A stretch of 48,586 nucleotides of DNA from Patescibacteria group bacterium (GTDB lineage Bacteria; Patescibacteriota; Minisyncoccia; 2-02-FULL-40-12; IGHO2-01-FULL-4-A). Both the position numbers and the translations under genes were made by a program. The notes below the pieces were generated by a model, which had not been told where the DNA came from, did not search any database, and saw only the letters and a list, made by a program, of their open reading frames with translations. Shown here one piece after another: positions 27,053 through 36,966 of this stretch (positions are counted from its first letter, which is position 1; each line of letters begins with the position of its first letter). The DNA lies in contig JBBTYI010000011.1 in assembly GCA_038061865.1 (NCBI GenBank), forward strand, positions 1-48,586, read 5' to 3'.

Positions 27053-27079
27053 CTAAGCCCCGATACTATCGGGGCTTAG
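27053..27079. repeat. 12-bp perfect hairpin after tuf (pause, processing or REP-like; lacks a U tract)
   Basis: CTAAGCCCCGAT-ACT-ATCGGGGCTTAG. Confidence 0.6.
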
Positions 27080-27089
27080 GTTATTTTCA

Positions 27090-28292
27090 TTAAGTAGTAA
27101 CTTTGGTTACCACCCCGGCGCCGACCGTTTTGCCGCCTTCTCGGATGGCGAACCTTTGTTTTTCTTCCATGGCAATCGGAGCGATCAGTTTAACTTTAAA
27201 GGTAACGGTGTCGCCGGGCATAACCATTTCCGTACCTTCCGGCAAAGTGACTTCACCGGTCACGTCGGTGGTGCGGAAATAGAATTGCGGTTTATAGCCC
27301 TTGAAAAACGGGGTGTGGCGGCCGCCTTCTTCCTTGGACAAAACGTAAACCTCGGCGTCAAACTCGGTATGCGGGGTGATGGAACCGGGTTTAGCCAAAA
27401 CCTGGCCGCGGGAGACGTCTTCTTTTTTGACGCCCCGCAACAGCAAACCGGCGTTGTCACCGGCCATTCCTTCGTCCAATTGCTTGTTAAACATTTCAAT
27501 ACCGGTAATTACGGTCTTGGCGGTCGGCTTGATGCCGACGATTTCCACCTCTTCATTGATTTTGACTTTGCCTCGTTCCACTCGGCCGGTTACCACCGTG
27601 CCGCGGCCTTCAATCGCGAAGATGTCCTCAATCGGCATCAAAAAAGGTTTGTCGGTTTCGCGCACCGGTTCGGGAATGTATGAATCCAGGGTATCAGTTA
27701 ATTCCTTAATCGGTTTAACTGCGGCGTCGTCTTTGGATTTGGCTTCCAGCGCTTGCAAAGCTGAACCGCGGATAATTGGTGTCTTATCACCAGGATATTG
27801 ATATTTATTCAATAACTCGCGGATCTCCGCTTCCACTAGGTCAACCAGTTCTGGGTCGTCCACCATATCCACTTTGTTCAAAAAAACAATAATTGCCGGC
27901 ACGCCTACCTGACGGGCTAAAAGAATGTGCTCGCGGGTTTGCGGCATCGGGCCGTCAGGAGCGGAAACCACCAAGACCGCGCCATCCATCTGGGCGGCGC
28001 CGGTGATCATGTTCTTGATGTAGTCGGCGTGGCCGGGAGCGTCAATGTGGGCGTAGTGGCGCTTGGGAGTTTCGTATTCGGAATGGTGCAAAGCGATGGT
28101 AATGCCTCTGGCTCTTTCCTCCGGAGCGTTGTCGATTTGGTCGACTTTTTCGACTCGGGCTTTGTAACCCTCGTCTTTTAACAAGTTCAAAGTATGCAAA
28201 ATTGCCGCGGTTAAAGTGGTTTTGCCGTGGTCAACGTGGCCGATGGTGCCGACATTCAAGTGCGGTTTTGATCGTTCAAATTTTTCTGCCAT
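27090..28292 (-). CDS. tuf: Elongation factor Tu
   Basis: [22 protein letters not shown] and NKVD. Confidence 0.99.
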   Translation of the reverse strand: MAEKFERSKPHLNVGTIGHVDHGKTTLTAAILHTLNLLKDEGYKARVEKVDQIDNAPEERARGITIALHHSEYETPKRHYAHIDAPGHADYIKNMITGAAQMDGAVLVVSAPDGPMPQTREHILLARQVGVPAIIVFLNKVDMVDDPELVDLVEAEIRELLNKYQYPGDKTPIIRGSALQALEAKSKDDAAVKPIKELTDTLDSYIPEPVRETDKPFLMPIEDIFAIEGRGTVVTGRVERGKVKINEEVEIVGIKPTAKTVITGIEMFNKQLDEGMAGDNAGLLLRGVKKEDVSRGQVLAKPGSITPHTEFDAEVYVLSKEEGGRHTPFFKGYKPQFYFRTTDVTGEVTLPEGTEMVMPGDTVTFKVKLIAPIAMEEKQRFAIREGGKTVGAGVVTKVTT

Positions 28293-28400
28293 TTACTTAA
28301 AAACGCTCCGTGGCTACCCTAACTGCAGAAACTTAAAAGCTTGCCGTCAGCGGTAGTTTAAAAGCTGAAGCTTATTACCTATATATAGGCGACGATAGAC

Positions 28401-28429
28401 AGTATAGCCAAGCGGGAGCGGCTAGTCAA
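28401..28429 (-). promoter_or_regulatory. Sigma70-type promoter for tuf and the S10 cluster
   Basis: TTGACT-N17-TATACT. Confidence 0.75.
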
Positions 28430-28433
28430 TACT

Positions 28434-28703
28434 TTAACCCTCTTCCACTTCAGTGCCGGTCACGCCCAGTAATTCCGTTTCTTCTTTCTGCCTGATTTCT
28501 TCTTTTAAGCCCAAAATTTCCTGATTAAGCTTTTCAACTTCTTCAGTATTCTCGCCTCCCGCCGGGTGGCCGGCCGGGACGGTCGGGTTTTCAAGTTTTT
28601 TATAGCTTTCATACGATAAAATCACCAGCTCGGGTGTACTGCCGTTCATCACCACAATGCCGCCCAATTTTTTGGCCAGTTCTTTAAGTTCTTTGAAATC
28701 CAT
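28434..28703 (-). CDS. Small protein with a Phd/YefM-like N-terminus and coiled-coil tail
   Basis: IVVMNGSTPELVILSYESYKKL resembles the Phd pattern; start taken at MDFKE. Confidence 0.55.
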   Translation of the reverse strand: MDFKELKELAKKLGGIVVMNGSTPELVILSYESYKKLENPTVPAGHPAGGENTEEVEKLNQEILGLKEEIRQKEETELLGVTGTEVEEG

Positions 28704-28754
28704 AGACCATTTCTTATACCAAAAGCCAAAAATCATTGCAAGCGCCCTACGGGC

Positions 28755-28783
28755 TTGACCAAGTATGTTTCTTCCGTTAGATT
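28755..28783 (+). promoter_or_regulatory. Sigma70-type promoter for rpsF-ssb-rpsR
   Basis: TTGACC-N17-TAGATT. Confidence 0.6.
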
Positions 28784-28800
28784 AAATCATCAACCACATC

Positions 28801-29256
28801 ATGGAAACCCAAAGCGACAGCCGAAATTATGAACTGGCTTACCACCTCAATCCGGACATTGAAGAAACCGAGATTAAGACCAGAGCCGAAGAACTGGAAG
28901 CGGTGATTACCCAAAGCGGCGCTTTGATTTTGACTGTCCGCGAACCTAAGCGTAAACATCTTTCCTATCCGCTTCACCACAAAAAGTACGCCTATTTCGG
29001 CGTACTGGATTTCAGCGCCGGCCCCGAGACGCTGGAGAAAATCAATGTCCAGCTTAAATTCCAGAATAGTCTCCTGCGCTATCTTCTGATTAAAAAGGAG
29101 CAGGCTGATAAAGAATTGAGAGTTTTAGGCGGCGAACGGCCGCGGCCGAAAATGCGGACCCACGAACCGAGCGTCCCCGGCCGCGAGACACCGGCTCCAG
29201 AAGTAAAACCGGAGCAGATGGAGAAAGAGATTGAGGAAGTGCTGGGAAAAATATGA
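28801..29256 (+). CDS. rpsF: 30S ribosomal protein S6
   Basis: YELAY, LSYPL and LLRYLLIK; lies upstream of ssb. Confidence 0.9.
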   Translation: METQSDSRNYELAYHLNPDIEETEIKTRAEELEAVITQSGALILTVREPKRKHLSYPLHHKKYAYFGVLDFSAGPETLEKINVQLKFQNSLLRYLLIKKEQADKELRVLGGERPRPKMRTHEPSVPGRETPAPEVKPEQMEKEIEEVLGKI

Positions 29257-29762
29257 ATTTAAACAAAGTATTTCTAATCGGCCGGTTAGTCGCCGACCCC
29301 GAAGCTCGGACCACTCCCAGCGGCCAGCTGGTGGCGACTTTGCGCATCGCCACCAATCGCGTCTGGAACAATCGCCAGACCAATGAAAAACAGGAACAGG
29401 TGGAGTTTCATACCGTCATTGCCTGGAGCCGACTGGCCGAGATCGCCCAGAAATATTTATTGAAAGGGCAAATGGTGTTTATTGAAGGCCGTCTGCAAAC
29501 CCGTTCCTGGCAGGGCGCCGACGGCGTCAAACGCTACCGTACCGAAATTGTCGCCGAAAATCTTCAGTTAGGCCCGAAAGCGCTGGGTACTGCCAGAACC
29601 GCTCCCGCCGCTATGCCCCAGGGTCAAACTCAAGAAAATATGAAAACTCCGGCTGATGACGATATTCCGGTAATTGACCAGGAAGCGCCGGTGGCCAATC
29701 CGATAATCTCCGATGATGAAGTAGAGGAGACGGAGATAGATCTGAAGGAAATACCCTTCTGA
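29253..29762 (+). CDS. ssb: Single-stranded DNA-binding protein
   Basis: MNLNKVFLIGRL, EGRLQTRSW and C-terminal IPF. Confidence 0.98.
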   Translation: MNLNKVFLIGRLVADPEARTTPSGQLVATLRIATNRVWNNRQTNEKQEQVEFHTVIAWSRLAEIAQKYLLKGQMVFIEGRLQTRSWQGADGVKRYRTEIVAENLQLGPKALGTARTAPAAMPQGQTQENMKTPADDDIPVIDQEAPVANPIISDDEVEETEIDLKEIPF

Positions 29763-29797
29763 CGAAATCACCAATCAATAATTTCCAATCACCAATC

Positions 29798-29883
29798 GTT
29801 TACACAATCACCAATCACTAATCACCAATCATTAATCGCCAATTATTGAAGATTGTAGATTGTCGATTGTTGATTGCATCAGC
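29798..29883. repeat. Heptamer-arm hairpin element between ssb and rpsR, with an extra left arm from 29758
   Basis: GTTTACACAA (TCACCAA)n ... TTGCATCAGC, immediately followed by the rpsR ATG. Confidence 0.8.
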
Positions 29884-30096
29884 ATGCCCTGCATCGCCTG
29901 CCAGCAAAAAATTAATCACGTTGACTACAAGCAGACCGACGTCTTGCGGAAGTTTGTTTCCGGCCAATTTAAGATCTCTTCTTCCAGCCGCACCGGCTTG
30001 TGCAAAAAGCATCAGCGCATGGTTGCCAACGCCGTTAAACTTGCTCGCTTTATGGCCTTGATGCCATATACTAAGGCCCAGACCCGCAAAAAATAG
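29884..30096 (+). CDS. rpsR: 30S ribosomal protein S18 (zinc-ligand type)
   Basis: CIAC, VDYK, RTGLCKKHQR and AR.MALMPY; start taken at MPC. Confidence 0.93.
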   Translation: MPCIACQQKINHVDYKQTDVLRKFVSGQFKISSSSRTGLCKKHQRMVANAVKLARFMALMPYTKAQTRKK

Positions 30097-30146
30097 CCGT
30101 TTAAAAGCAGGCAATTGCAATTGTTCATCCGTCCCAACAAGCCGAG

Positions 30147-31193
30147 CTAGGCTGTAGTCGTTTCCGCTACCGCCGCCGCTTTTTTGATCAGGCCCAAGAT
30201 TTCTTTTTCAATCTGGGGATTCTCTTTGAGATACTGACGGGAGCTCTCCACTCCCTGCCCCAGCTTTTGCTCGCCGAAGTTATACCAGCTGCCGGATTTG
30301 CTGACCACATTCAAAGCCACGCCGGTGTTGATCAGGTCGGCCAGCCGGGAAATGCCTTCGTTGTATAAAATATCAAACTCGGCGGTGCGGAAGGGCGGGG
30401 CTACTTTGTTTTTGACCACTTTTACTTTTGTGCGGTTACCGATAATCTTTTCGCCGGCTTGGATCTGCGCCGCCCGCCGGATTTCCAAACGCACGGAAGA
30501 ATAGAATTTGAGCGCCAGTCCGCCGGTCGTGGTTTCGGGGTTACCAAACATCACGCCGATTTTGTGGCGGATTTGATTGACGAACATTACGGTGGTATTG
30601 GTCTTGGCGACGATGGCGGTCAGTTTGCGCAAAGCGTGCGACATCAGCCGGGCTTGCAGTCCCATATGTTGTTGATCCATCTCGCCTTCAATTTCGGCGC
30701 GCGGCGTCAGCGCCGCCACCGAATCCACCACTATCAAATCCACTCCGCCCGAACGCACCAGCGTCTCCACAATTTCCAGCCCTTGCTCGCCGGTATCGGG
30801 TTGGGAAATCAGCAAATCGCCGATTTTTACCCCAATTCGCTTGGCATATTCCGGATCTAGCGCGTGCTCGGCATCCACATAGGCGGCGATGCCGCCCATT
30901 TTTTGAACTTCCGCCACGCAATGGAGACAGACGGTAGTTTTTCCGCTCGACTCGGGACCATAGATTTCAACAACCCGGCCGCGCGGGATGCCGCCGACGC
31001 CGAGCGCCAAATCCAGTGAGATAGAACCGGTTGGAATCACGTCCACGTCAACCTTTTTGGTGTCGCCTAATTTCATAATTGACCCGTCGCCGTATTTTTC
31101 CTGGATTTCTTTAATCGCCAATTCTACCCCGCGCATCCTCCCGTCGGTTTTGGCAGACTTTGTTTCTTCCTTTTTGGTTTTTTCTTTAATCAT
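30147..31193 (-). CDS. recA: Recombinase A
   Basis: [17 protein letters not shown] and [13 protein letters not shown]. Confidence 0.99.
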   Translation of the reverse strand: MIKEKTKKEETKSAKTDGRMRGVELAIKEIQEKYGDGSIMKLGDTKKVDVDVIPTGSISLDLALGVGGIPRGRVVEIYGPESSGKTTVCLHCVAEVQKMGGIAAYVDAEHALDPEYAKRIGVKIGDLLISQPDTGEQGLEIVETLVRSGGVDLIVVDSVAALTPRAEIEGEMDQQHMGLQARLMSHALRKLTAIVAKTNTTVMFVNQIRHKIGVMFGNPETTTGGLALKFYSSVRLEIRRAAQIQAGEKIIGNRTKVKVVKNKVAPPFRTAEFDILYNEGISRLADLINTGVALNVVSKSGSWYNFGEQKLGQGVESSRQYLKENPQIEKEILGLIKKAAAVAETTTA

Positions 31194-31194
31194 C

Positions 31195-33465
31195 TTATAT
31201 TTGTTCGTTGGTCGGTTCTTCCTTAGTTAATATCATTTCATCGGTTGAGGTAATTTCCGCCACAGCGCCATCGTCCGGTTCTTGACCGGAGCCAATCTCC
31301 GCTGGGCCGGGACGGCCAATGAATACTTCCCTGGGTTTGGCCCCTTCCCCGGGACCGATGATCCCTCTTTCCTCAAGCAGATCCAAAAGCCGCGCCGCCC
31401 TGGCATAACCTACCCGCAAGCGTCTTTGCAAAAGCGAAGCCGAGGCCTTGCCGGCTTGCGCCACTACGATTTTGGCTTCTTCATACAGTTCATCGCCGAC
31501 GTCGTTAATCTCGGCCAGGGTCGCGGAAACCGCTTGATCAAGGTCCAGCTTAAGATCGTTTTTGACTTCTTCCTCTTCTTCCGCGGTCGCTTCTTCCATT
31601 TCTTCAGCCTGCTGTTTGATGAATTTGGCTACGTCTTTGACTTCTTTTTCGGAAACAAAAGCGCTTTGAATGCGGCGCGGCTTGGAAGTGTCGCCGGCCT
31701 GGTAGAGCATATCGCCATTGCCCAAAAGTTTTTCGGCGCCGGCCATGTCTAAAATCGTTCTCGAATCGACTTGGGAAGCGACCTGGAAAGCGATCCTAGT
31801 GGTAATATTAGCTTTGATCAGTCCGGTAATCACGTCGGTTGACGGTCTTTGCGTGGAGACGATCAGATGGATGCCGACTGCCCGGGCCATTTGCGCCAAA
31901 CGAACAATCGCCGCCTCCACGTCCCGCCCGTGGGCGGCCATTAGGTCAGCCAGCTCGTCAATCACGATCACGATGTAGGGCATGATTTCTTTTTTGCCGG
32001 CAGCTTGTTTGATATTAAAGGAAGCAACGTCGCGCGAGCCGATTGCCGACAGCCGTTCGTAGCGTTTTTCCATTTCTCTGACCGCCCAGCGCAAAGCGTT
32101 GACCACTTTCTTTGCATCAACGATCACCGGTGTAATCAAATGGGGAATGCCGTTGTATAAAGTCAGTTCCACCCGTTTGGGGTCAACCAAAATCAGTTTG
32201 AGCGTGTCCGGCGAGTGCTTATACAAAAGAGAAAGCAAAACCGTGTTGATACTCACTGACTTGCCGGTGCCGGTGGCGCCGGCGACCAGCAAGTGAGGCA
32301 TTTTTTCAAGCGCGGTAAAAACCGGGAAACCGGCCACATCCCGGCCCAAGACCACCGGCAGATAGCTGGTCGTATTTTTGAACTCTTCGGCTTCAAATAA
32401 ATCGCGCAAGCCGACCAGCGCTGATTTTTTGTTGGGCACTTCAATGCCAACCAAAGCCTTGCCCGGAATCGGCGCTTCGATCCTGATCGGGTGGGCAGCC
32501 AAAGCCAAAGCCAAATCGGAATTGAGGACGGTGATTTTGGAAAGCTTGACGCCCATCGCCGGCCGCAAGGTGAACTGGGTCACAGTCGGGCCGATCGAGA
32601 CCTCGCCCATTTCCACGTCAATGCCGAAGTTGGACAGCGTCCGTTTGATAATCGTCACGTTGGCATTGATGTCGCCGGCGCGTGGTGTTTCTTTATCGGT
32701 ATGCAAAATTTCCAGCGGCGGCAAAACCCATTTACCCGATTTAGAATGTTTAATCACGAATTCGCGTTCCTCGTCGTCCCCGTGCCGATGTTGCGCCGCG
32801 CGTTGAGCCGAGTCTCTGGCCCCTGACGGGACGCGAACATCGGCAGCAATCTCGGCAGCGGGACGGTTAATAATTTCCCCGCCGCGCTTAATTACCACTT
32901 TGTCTTCCAGATTTTCTTCTTCCTCCTCCGCTCCTTCGCCGGCTTCGGGCTTAGCCAGTAAGCCATAAACCGGAATATCCAAAACCACCAAAACTGAAAC
33001 CAGCAATAAGATAATTAGAATAATAAAAGAGGTGATGAAACCGACTGACTTAAAGAGCGGGAAACCGATGATTAAGCCCAGGTAGCCGCCCTGACTGACG
33101 CGCAAAGCCAGGTCGCCATCGCCGATGATATGGAAAACTCCCAAAAAACTTAAAACAAAAAGCATCGTACCGACGATGGCGCTGACATAAACGCGCCGGG
33201 AAACGGACTTAAAAAAAGCCGCGCCCAGCAGAGCAAAGGCAATCGGCACCAAAAATATCCCCCAGCCGAAAAGCTGTCGCGCCAGGGCGGCGAACAGTCG
33301 CCCGCCTCCGCCGGCTTGATTAAAAAAAGCCAGGGTTGAGATCAAGGCTAAGCCGATGCTGATAACGCCAAAAACGCTGTTTTTAGTTTCCTGCGATAAA
33401 CCCAGAACTGCTCGCTGCTCTTCCGTCTCCTTCAGCTCTCTTGCTTTTCTTTTCTTTTTAGACAT
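31195..33465 (-). CDS. ftsK: DNA translocase FtsK/SpoIIIE
   Basis: Four N-terminal TMs, [16 protein letters not shown], and gamma domain [14 protein letters not shown]. Confidence 0.97.
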   Translation of the reverse strand: MSKKKRKARELKETEEQRAVLGLSQETKNSVFGVISIGLALISTLAFFNQAGGGGRLFAALARQLFGWGIFLVPIAFALLGAAFFKSVSRRVYVSAIVGTMLFVLSFLGVFHIIGDGDLALRVSQGGYLGLIIGFPLFKSVGFITSFIILIILLLVSVLVVLDIPVYGLLAKPEAGEGAEEEEENLEDKVVIKRGGEIINRPAAEIAADVRVPSGARDSAQRAAQHRHGDDEEREFVIKHSKSGKWVLPPLEILHTDKETPRAGDINANVTIIKRTLSNFGIDVEMGEVSIGPTVTQFTLRPAMGVKLSKITVLNSDLALALAAHPIRIEAPIPGKALVGIEVPNKKSALVGLRDLFEAEEFKNTTSYLPVVLGRDVAGFPVFTALEKMPHLLVAGATGTGKSVSINTVLLSLLYKHSPDTLKLILVDPKRVELTLYNGIPHLITPVIVDAKKVVNALRWAVREMEKRYERLSAIGSRDVASFNIKQAAGKKEIMPYIVIVIDELADLMAAHGRDVEAAIVRLAQMARAVGIHLIVSTQRPSTDVITGLIKANITTRIAFQVASQVDSRTILDMAGAEKLLGNGDMLYQAGDTSKPRRIQSAFVSEKEVKDVAKFIKQQAEEMEEATAEEEEEVKNDLKLDLDQAVSATLAEINDVGDELYEEAKIVVAQAGKASASLLQRRLRVGYARAARLLDLLEERGIIGPGEGAKPREVFIGRPGPAEIGSGQEPDDGAVAEITSTDEMILTKEEPTNEQI

Positions 33466-33558
33466 ATCAAATATTTAGATACTATTTAGATTAGTACAAG
33501 ATAATTCTATAAAACGGGTGGTTAAAAAGCAACCGGGGATTGACCTCGTTAAACACCT

Positions 33559-33612
33559 TGTGGATAACGCATTCTCTAACGGGGTTGACAAACCATTGAA
33601 AAGGAATAAACT
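33559..33612 (+). promoter_or_regulatory. rpoBC promoter with an upstream DnaA-box consensus
   Basis: TGTGGATAA at 33559-33567; TTGACA-N16-TAAACT at 33585-33612. Confidence 0.55.
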
Positions 33613-33739
33613 TACCGGTAGATTAATTTTTGAGGTGTTATCTGAAATCTCGCACAATTAGCGAACGTAGTTTTTAACTTTCCCCCGCTTAGCGGGGGTT
33701 GGGTGTTTTTGTCGTCGGTAATTTACCGCGGGTTATTCT

Positions 33740-36700
33740 ATGCGGAAAATTTTCACCAAATACATGCTCGACTTGATCCAGCCGCCGAATTTGGTCCAGG
33801 TGCAGTTGGATTCCTATAAATGGTTTATCGAAGTCGGCCTCAAGGAGCTTTTCAATGATATTTCGCCGATCGGGGATTGGACCGGTAAGGAGCTGGAGCT
33901 GCGTTTTTTGGATTTCAAGCTGGAAGAACCTAAGTACAGCGAGGCAGTTTCGCGGGAGAAAAACATCACCTACGAAGCGCCCCTGCGGGTCAATATCGCT
34001 CTTAAAAACAAGCGCAGCGGGCAAATCAGCGAACAGGAGGTTTACTTGACCGATTTCCCCCTGATGACCCCGCGGGGCACCTTCATTATTAACGGCGTGG
34101 AGCGGGTGGTTATTTCTCAATTGATCCGCAGCCCGGGTGTATTTTTCACTTTATCCAAAGCCAGCCGCTTCAAGCGGCTGTTCGGCGCCAAGCTTATCCC
34201 TTCCCGCGGCGCTTGGCTGGAGTTTGAAACCGAATCCAGCGGCGTGATTTCGATACGCATTGACCGCAAACGCAAGATCCCGGCCACCACCGTTCTGCGG
34301 GCTTTCGGCATCAGCCAAGATGAAGCAATCCAGAAGTTATTCAAGGACGCTGACAGCAACCCCGACCAGCAGTACATCGTTTCCACTTTGGTTCAGGATC
34401 AGGCCACAACGACCGAGGAGGGTTTAATTGAAATGTACCGGCGGATCCGCCCGGGCGACCCGGCCACGATTGATAACGCCCGCCAGATGGTCAACAATAT
34501 GTTTTCTAATTTTTCCCGCTACGACCTGTCCCGCGTCGGCCGACACCGGATGAACGTCCGTTTCCAGACCAATTATCCTTTGGACGAAAAAAACCGGACG
34601 CTCAAAGTGGAAGATATCGTTTCGGTCATCCGGGAGATTATTCTTTTGAACAATGCCCCCGGCGCCGAGCCGGACAATATTGACCACTTGGGCAACCGCC
34701 GGGTTAAGACCTTGGGCGAACTTTTACAAGACAAGCTGCGCTTGGCCTTCGCCAAAATGGAACGCATCATCAAAGATCGGATGAGCACCCAGGATTTAAA
34801 CACCGTCCTGCCGGCCCAGCTGGTTAATCCCCGGCCTTTTGTCGCCGCTTTGAAAGAATTTTTTGCTTCCGGCCAGATGTCGCAATTCATGGACCAGGTT
34901 AATCCTTTGGCCGAATTGGAACATAAACGCCGGCTATCGGCCATGGGTCCGGGCGGTTTGACCCGCGAACGGGCCAGTTTTGAAGTACGCGATGTTCACC
35001 CTTCCCATTACGGCCGCATTTGTCCGATTGAAACGCCGGAAGGCCCCAACATTGGTTTGGTCGGCCATTTGTCGCTCTATTCCAAGGTCTCGCCGCTGGG
35101 CTTCATCCTCACTCCCTACTGCCAAGTGATAAAAGGCAAAATTACCGACCGGGTTGACTACTTAGACGCCACCGAAGAAGAGCGTCATATCATCGCTTCG
35201 GCGGCGGTTCAGGTGGATAACCACGGCCATTTTGTTGATCGTAAAATCCCCTCGCGCATCTACGGCGAGGCCGGTTTGGCTACGCCTGAAGAAATTGACT
35301 ACATTGACGTTTCGCCCAAACAACCTTTTTCCGTGGCCACCTCGTTGATTCCCTTTTTGGAAAACGACGACGCCAACCGGGCGCTGATGGGGTCAAACAT
35401 GCAGCGGCAAGCCATTCCGATAATCGCCCATGAGGCGCCGATTGTCGGCACCGGTTTGGAAGAAAGGGTCGCCCGCGATTCGGGCATGCTGGTCATTGCC
35501 GAAACCGACGGCCTGATTGATGAAATTGATAATTCCCACATCGTCCTGAAACACGGCCAAACTGCCGAAAAAATTGAATACCGGTTGCTTAAATTCAAAA
35601 AATCCAACCAAGCCACGGCCATTAATCAAAGGCCGATCGTCAAACTCGGCCAGTCGGTCAAGCGGGGCGACGTTTTGGCCGACGGCCCGGCTACGCAAAA
35701 CGGCGAACTGGCGCTGGGCCGCAATTTGCTAGTGGCTTTTATGTCTTTTGAAGGGGCCAATTTTGAAGACGCGGTGGTTTTGTCGGAGCGGCTGGTTAAA
35801 GAGGACTTATTCACCTCGATTCACATTGAGGACTATTCCATTGATGTACGCGAGACCAAACTCGGTCCGGAAGTTACCACTTACGACATCCCCAACCGCT
35901 CGGAAGAAAAACTCAAAGATCTCGACCCGGAGGGTATTGTCCGCATTGGCGCCGAGGTCCGGTCGCAGGATATTCTGGTCGGCAAAATCACGCCCAAGGG
36001 CGAAAGCGACTTAACGGCCGAAGAAAGATTACTGCGGGCGATCTTCGGTGAGAAGTCGCGCGACGTCAAAGATACCTCGCTGACCCTGGACTATGGCAAA
36101 CAAGGCCGGGTAGTGGGCGTCAAAATCTTCTCCCGCGACCAGGGCGATAAATTGCCGGCCGGCGTGGTAAAGACGATTCAGGTATCGGTGGCGCAAATGC
36201 GAAAAATTCAAGTCGGCGATAAACTGGCCGGACGCCACGGCAACAAGGGCGTCATTTCCACGATTTTGCCCGAAGAAGATATGCCTTACCTGCCCGACGG
36301 CCGGCCGGTAGATATGATTCTCTCTCCGCTGGGCATCTTCTCGCGGATGAACATCGGCCAGGTTCTGGAAACCCATTTGGGCTGGGCCGCTTCTAAACTC
36401 GGCTACCTGGCCGCCGTCCCGCCTTTGGCCGGTCCGACCGAAGTGGTCATCAAGGAAGAATTGCGCAAAGCCGGTCTGTCCGAAGACGGAAAAATTTACG
36501 TTCACGACGGCCGCACCGGCAAAAAGTTTGAACAGCCAACCACCGTCGGCGTGATCTATTTTATGAAATTGTCGCACATGGTGGAAGACAAATTGCACAT
36601 GCGCTCCATCGGCCCCTATTCGCTGATTACCCAGCAGCCCTTGGGCGGCAAGGCGCAATTCGGCGGCCAGCGTTTTGGCGAAATGGAGGTCTGGGCGTTA

Positions 36701-36895
36701 GAGGGCTACGGCGCCGCCTATACTTTGCAGGAAATGCTGACCATCAAATCGGATGACGTCCAAGGCCGGGCCAAAACCTACGAATCGATCGTCAATGGCG
36801 AAACGATCCGCGCTCCCCACCTGCCGGAATCGTTTAAGGTATTGCTGTCGGAGATCAAAGGGTTGGGGTTAAACGTGGAGTTAACGGAGAGATGA
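33740..36895 (+). CDS. rpoB: RNA polymerase beta subunit
   Basis: ETPEGPNIGL, GDKLAGRHGNKG and GGQRFGEMEVWALE. Confidence 0.99.
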   Translation: MRKIFTKYMLDLIQPPNLVQVQLDSYKWFIEVGLKELFNDISPIGDWTGKELELRFLDFKLEEPKYSEAVSREKNITYEAPLRVNIALKNKRSGQISEQEVYLTDFPLMTPRGTFIINGVERVVISQLIRSPGVFFTLSKASRFKRLFGAKLIPSRGAWLEFETESSGVISIRIDRKRKIPATTVLRAFGISQDEAIQKLFKDADSNPDQQYIVSTLVQDQATTTEEGLIEMYRRIRPGDPATIDNARQMVNNMFSNFSRYDLSRVGRHRMNVRFQTNYPLDEKNRTLKVEDIVSVIREIILLNNAPGAEPDNIDHLGNRRVKTLGELLQDKLRLAFAKMERIIKDRMSTQDLNTVLPAQLVNPRPFVAALKEFFASGQMSQFMDQVNPLAELEHKRRLSAMGPGGLTRERASFEVRDVHPSHYGRICPIETPEGPNIGLVGHLSLYSKVSPLGFILTPYCQVIKGKITDRVDYLDATEEERHIIASAAVQVDNHGHFVDRKIPSRIYGEAGLATPEEIDYIDVSPKQPFSVATSLIPFLENDDANRALMGSNMQRQAIPIIAHEAPIVGTGLEERVARDSGMLVIAETDGLIDEIDNSHIVLKHGQTAEKIEYRLLKFKKSNQATAINQRPIVKLGQSVKRGDVLADGPATQNGELALGRNLLVAFMSFEGANFEDAVVLSERLVKEDLFTSIHIEDYSIDVRETKLGPEVTTYDIPNRSEEKLKDLDPEGIVRIGAEVRSQDILVGKITPKGESDLTAEERLLRAIFGEKSRDVKDTSLTLDYGKQGRVVGVKIFSRDQGDKLPAGVVKTIQVSVAQMRKIQVGDKLAGRHGNKGVISTILPEEDMPYLPDGRPVDMILSPLGIFSRMNIGQVLETHLGWAASKLGYLAAVPPLAGPTEVVIKEELRKAGLSEDGKIYVHDGRTGKKFEQPTTVGVIYFMKLSHMVEDKLHMRSIGPYSLITQQPLGGKAQFGGQRFGEMEVWALEGYGAAYTLQEMLTIKSDDVQGRAKTYESIVNGETIRAPHLPESFKVLLSEIKGLGLNVELTER

Positions 36896-36905
36896 AAGCA
36901 AAAGC

Positions 36906-36964
36906 AGGTGATAGGTTATAGATCTGGTTGACACCTATAACTTATCACCTATAACCTAACCTAA
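36906..36964. repeat. AGGTTAT-type heptamer hairpin between rpoB and rpoC
   Basis: aggtgataggttatag (36906-36921) pairs with ctataacttatcacct (36935-36950), 1 mismatch. Confidence 0.75.
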
Positions 36965-36966
36965 TT

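Noticed and set aside
29818-30120. Longer rpsR starts and overlapping ORFs
   Set aside because: The extensions are translations of the heptamer element; S18 similarity begins at ATG 29884.
33466-33739. Replication origin
   Set aside because: Only one clear DnaA box, with no box cluster and no dnaA or dnaN nearby.
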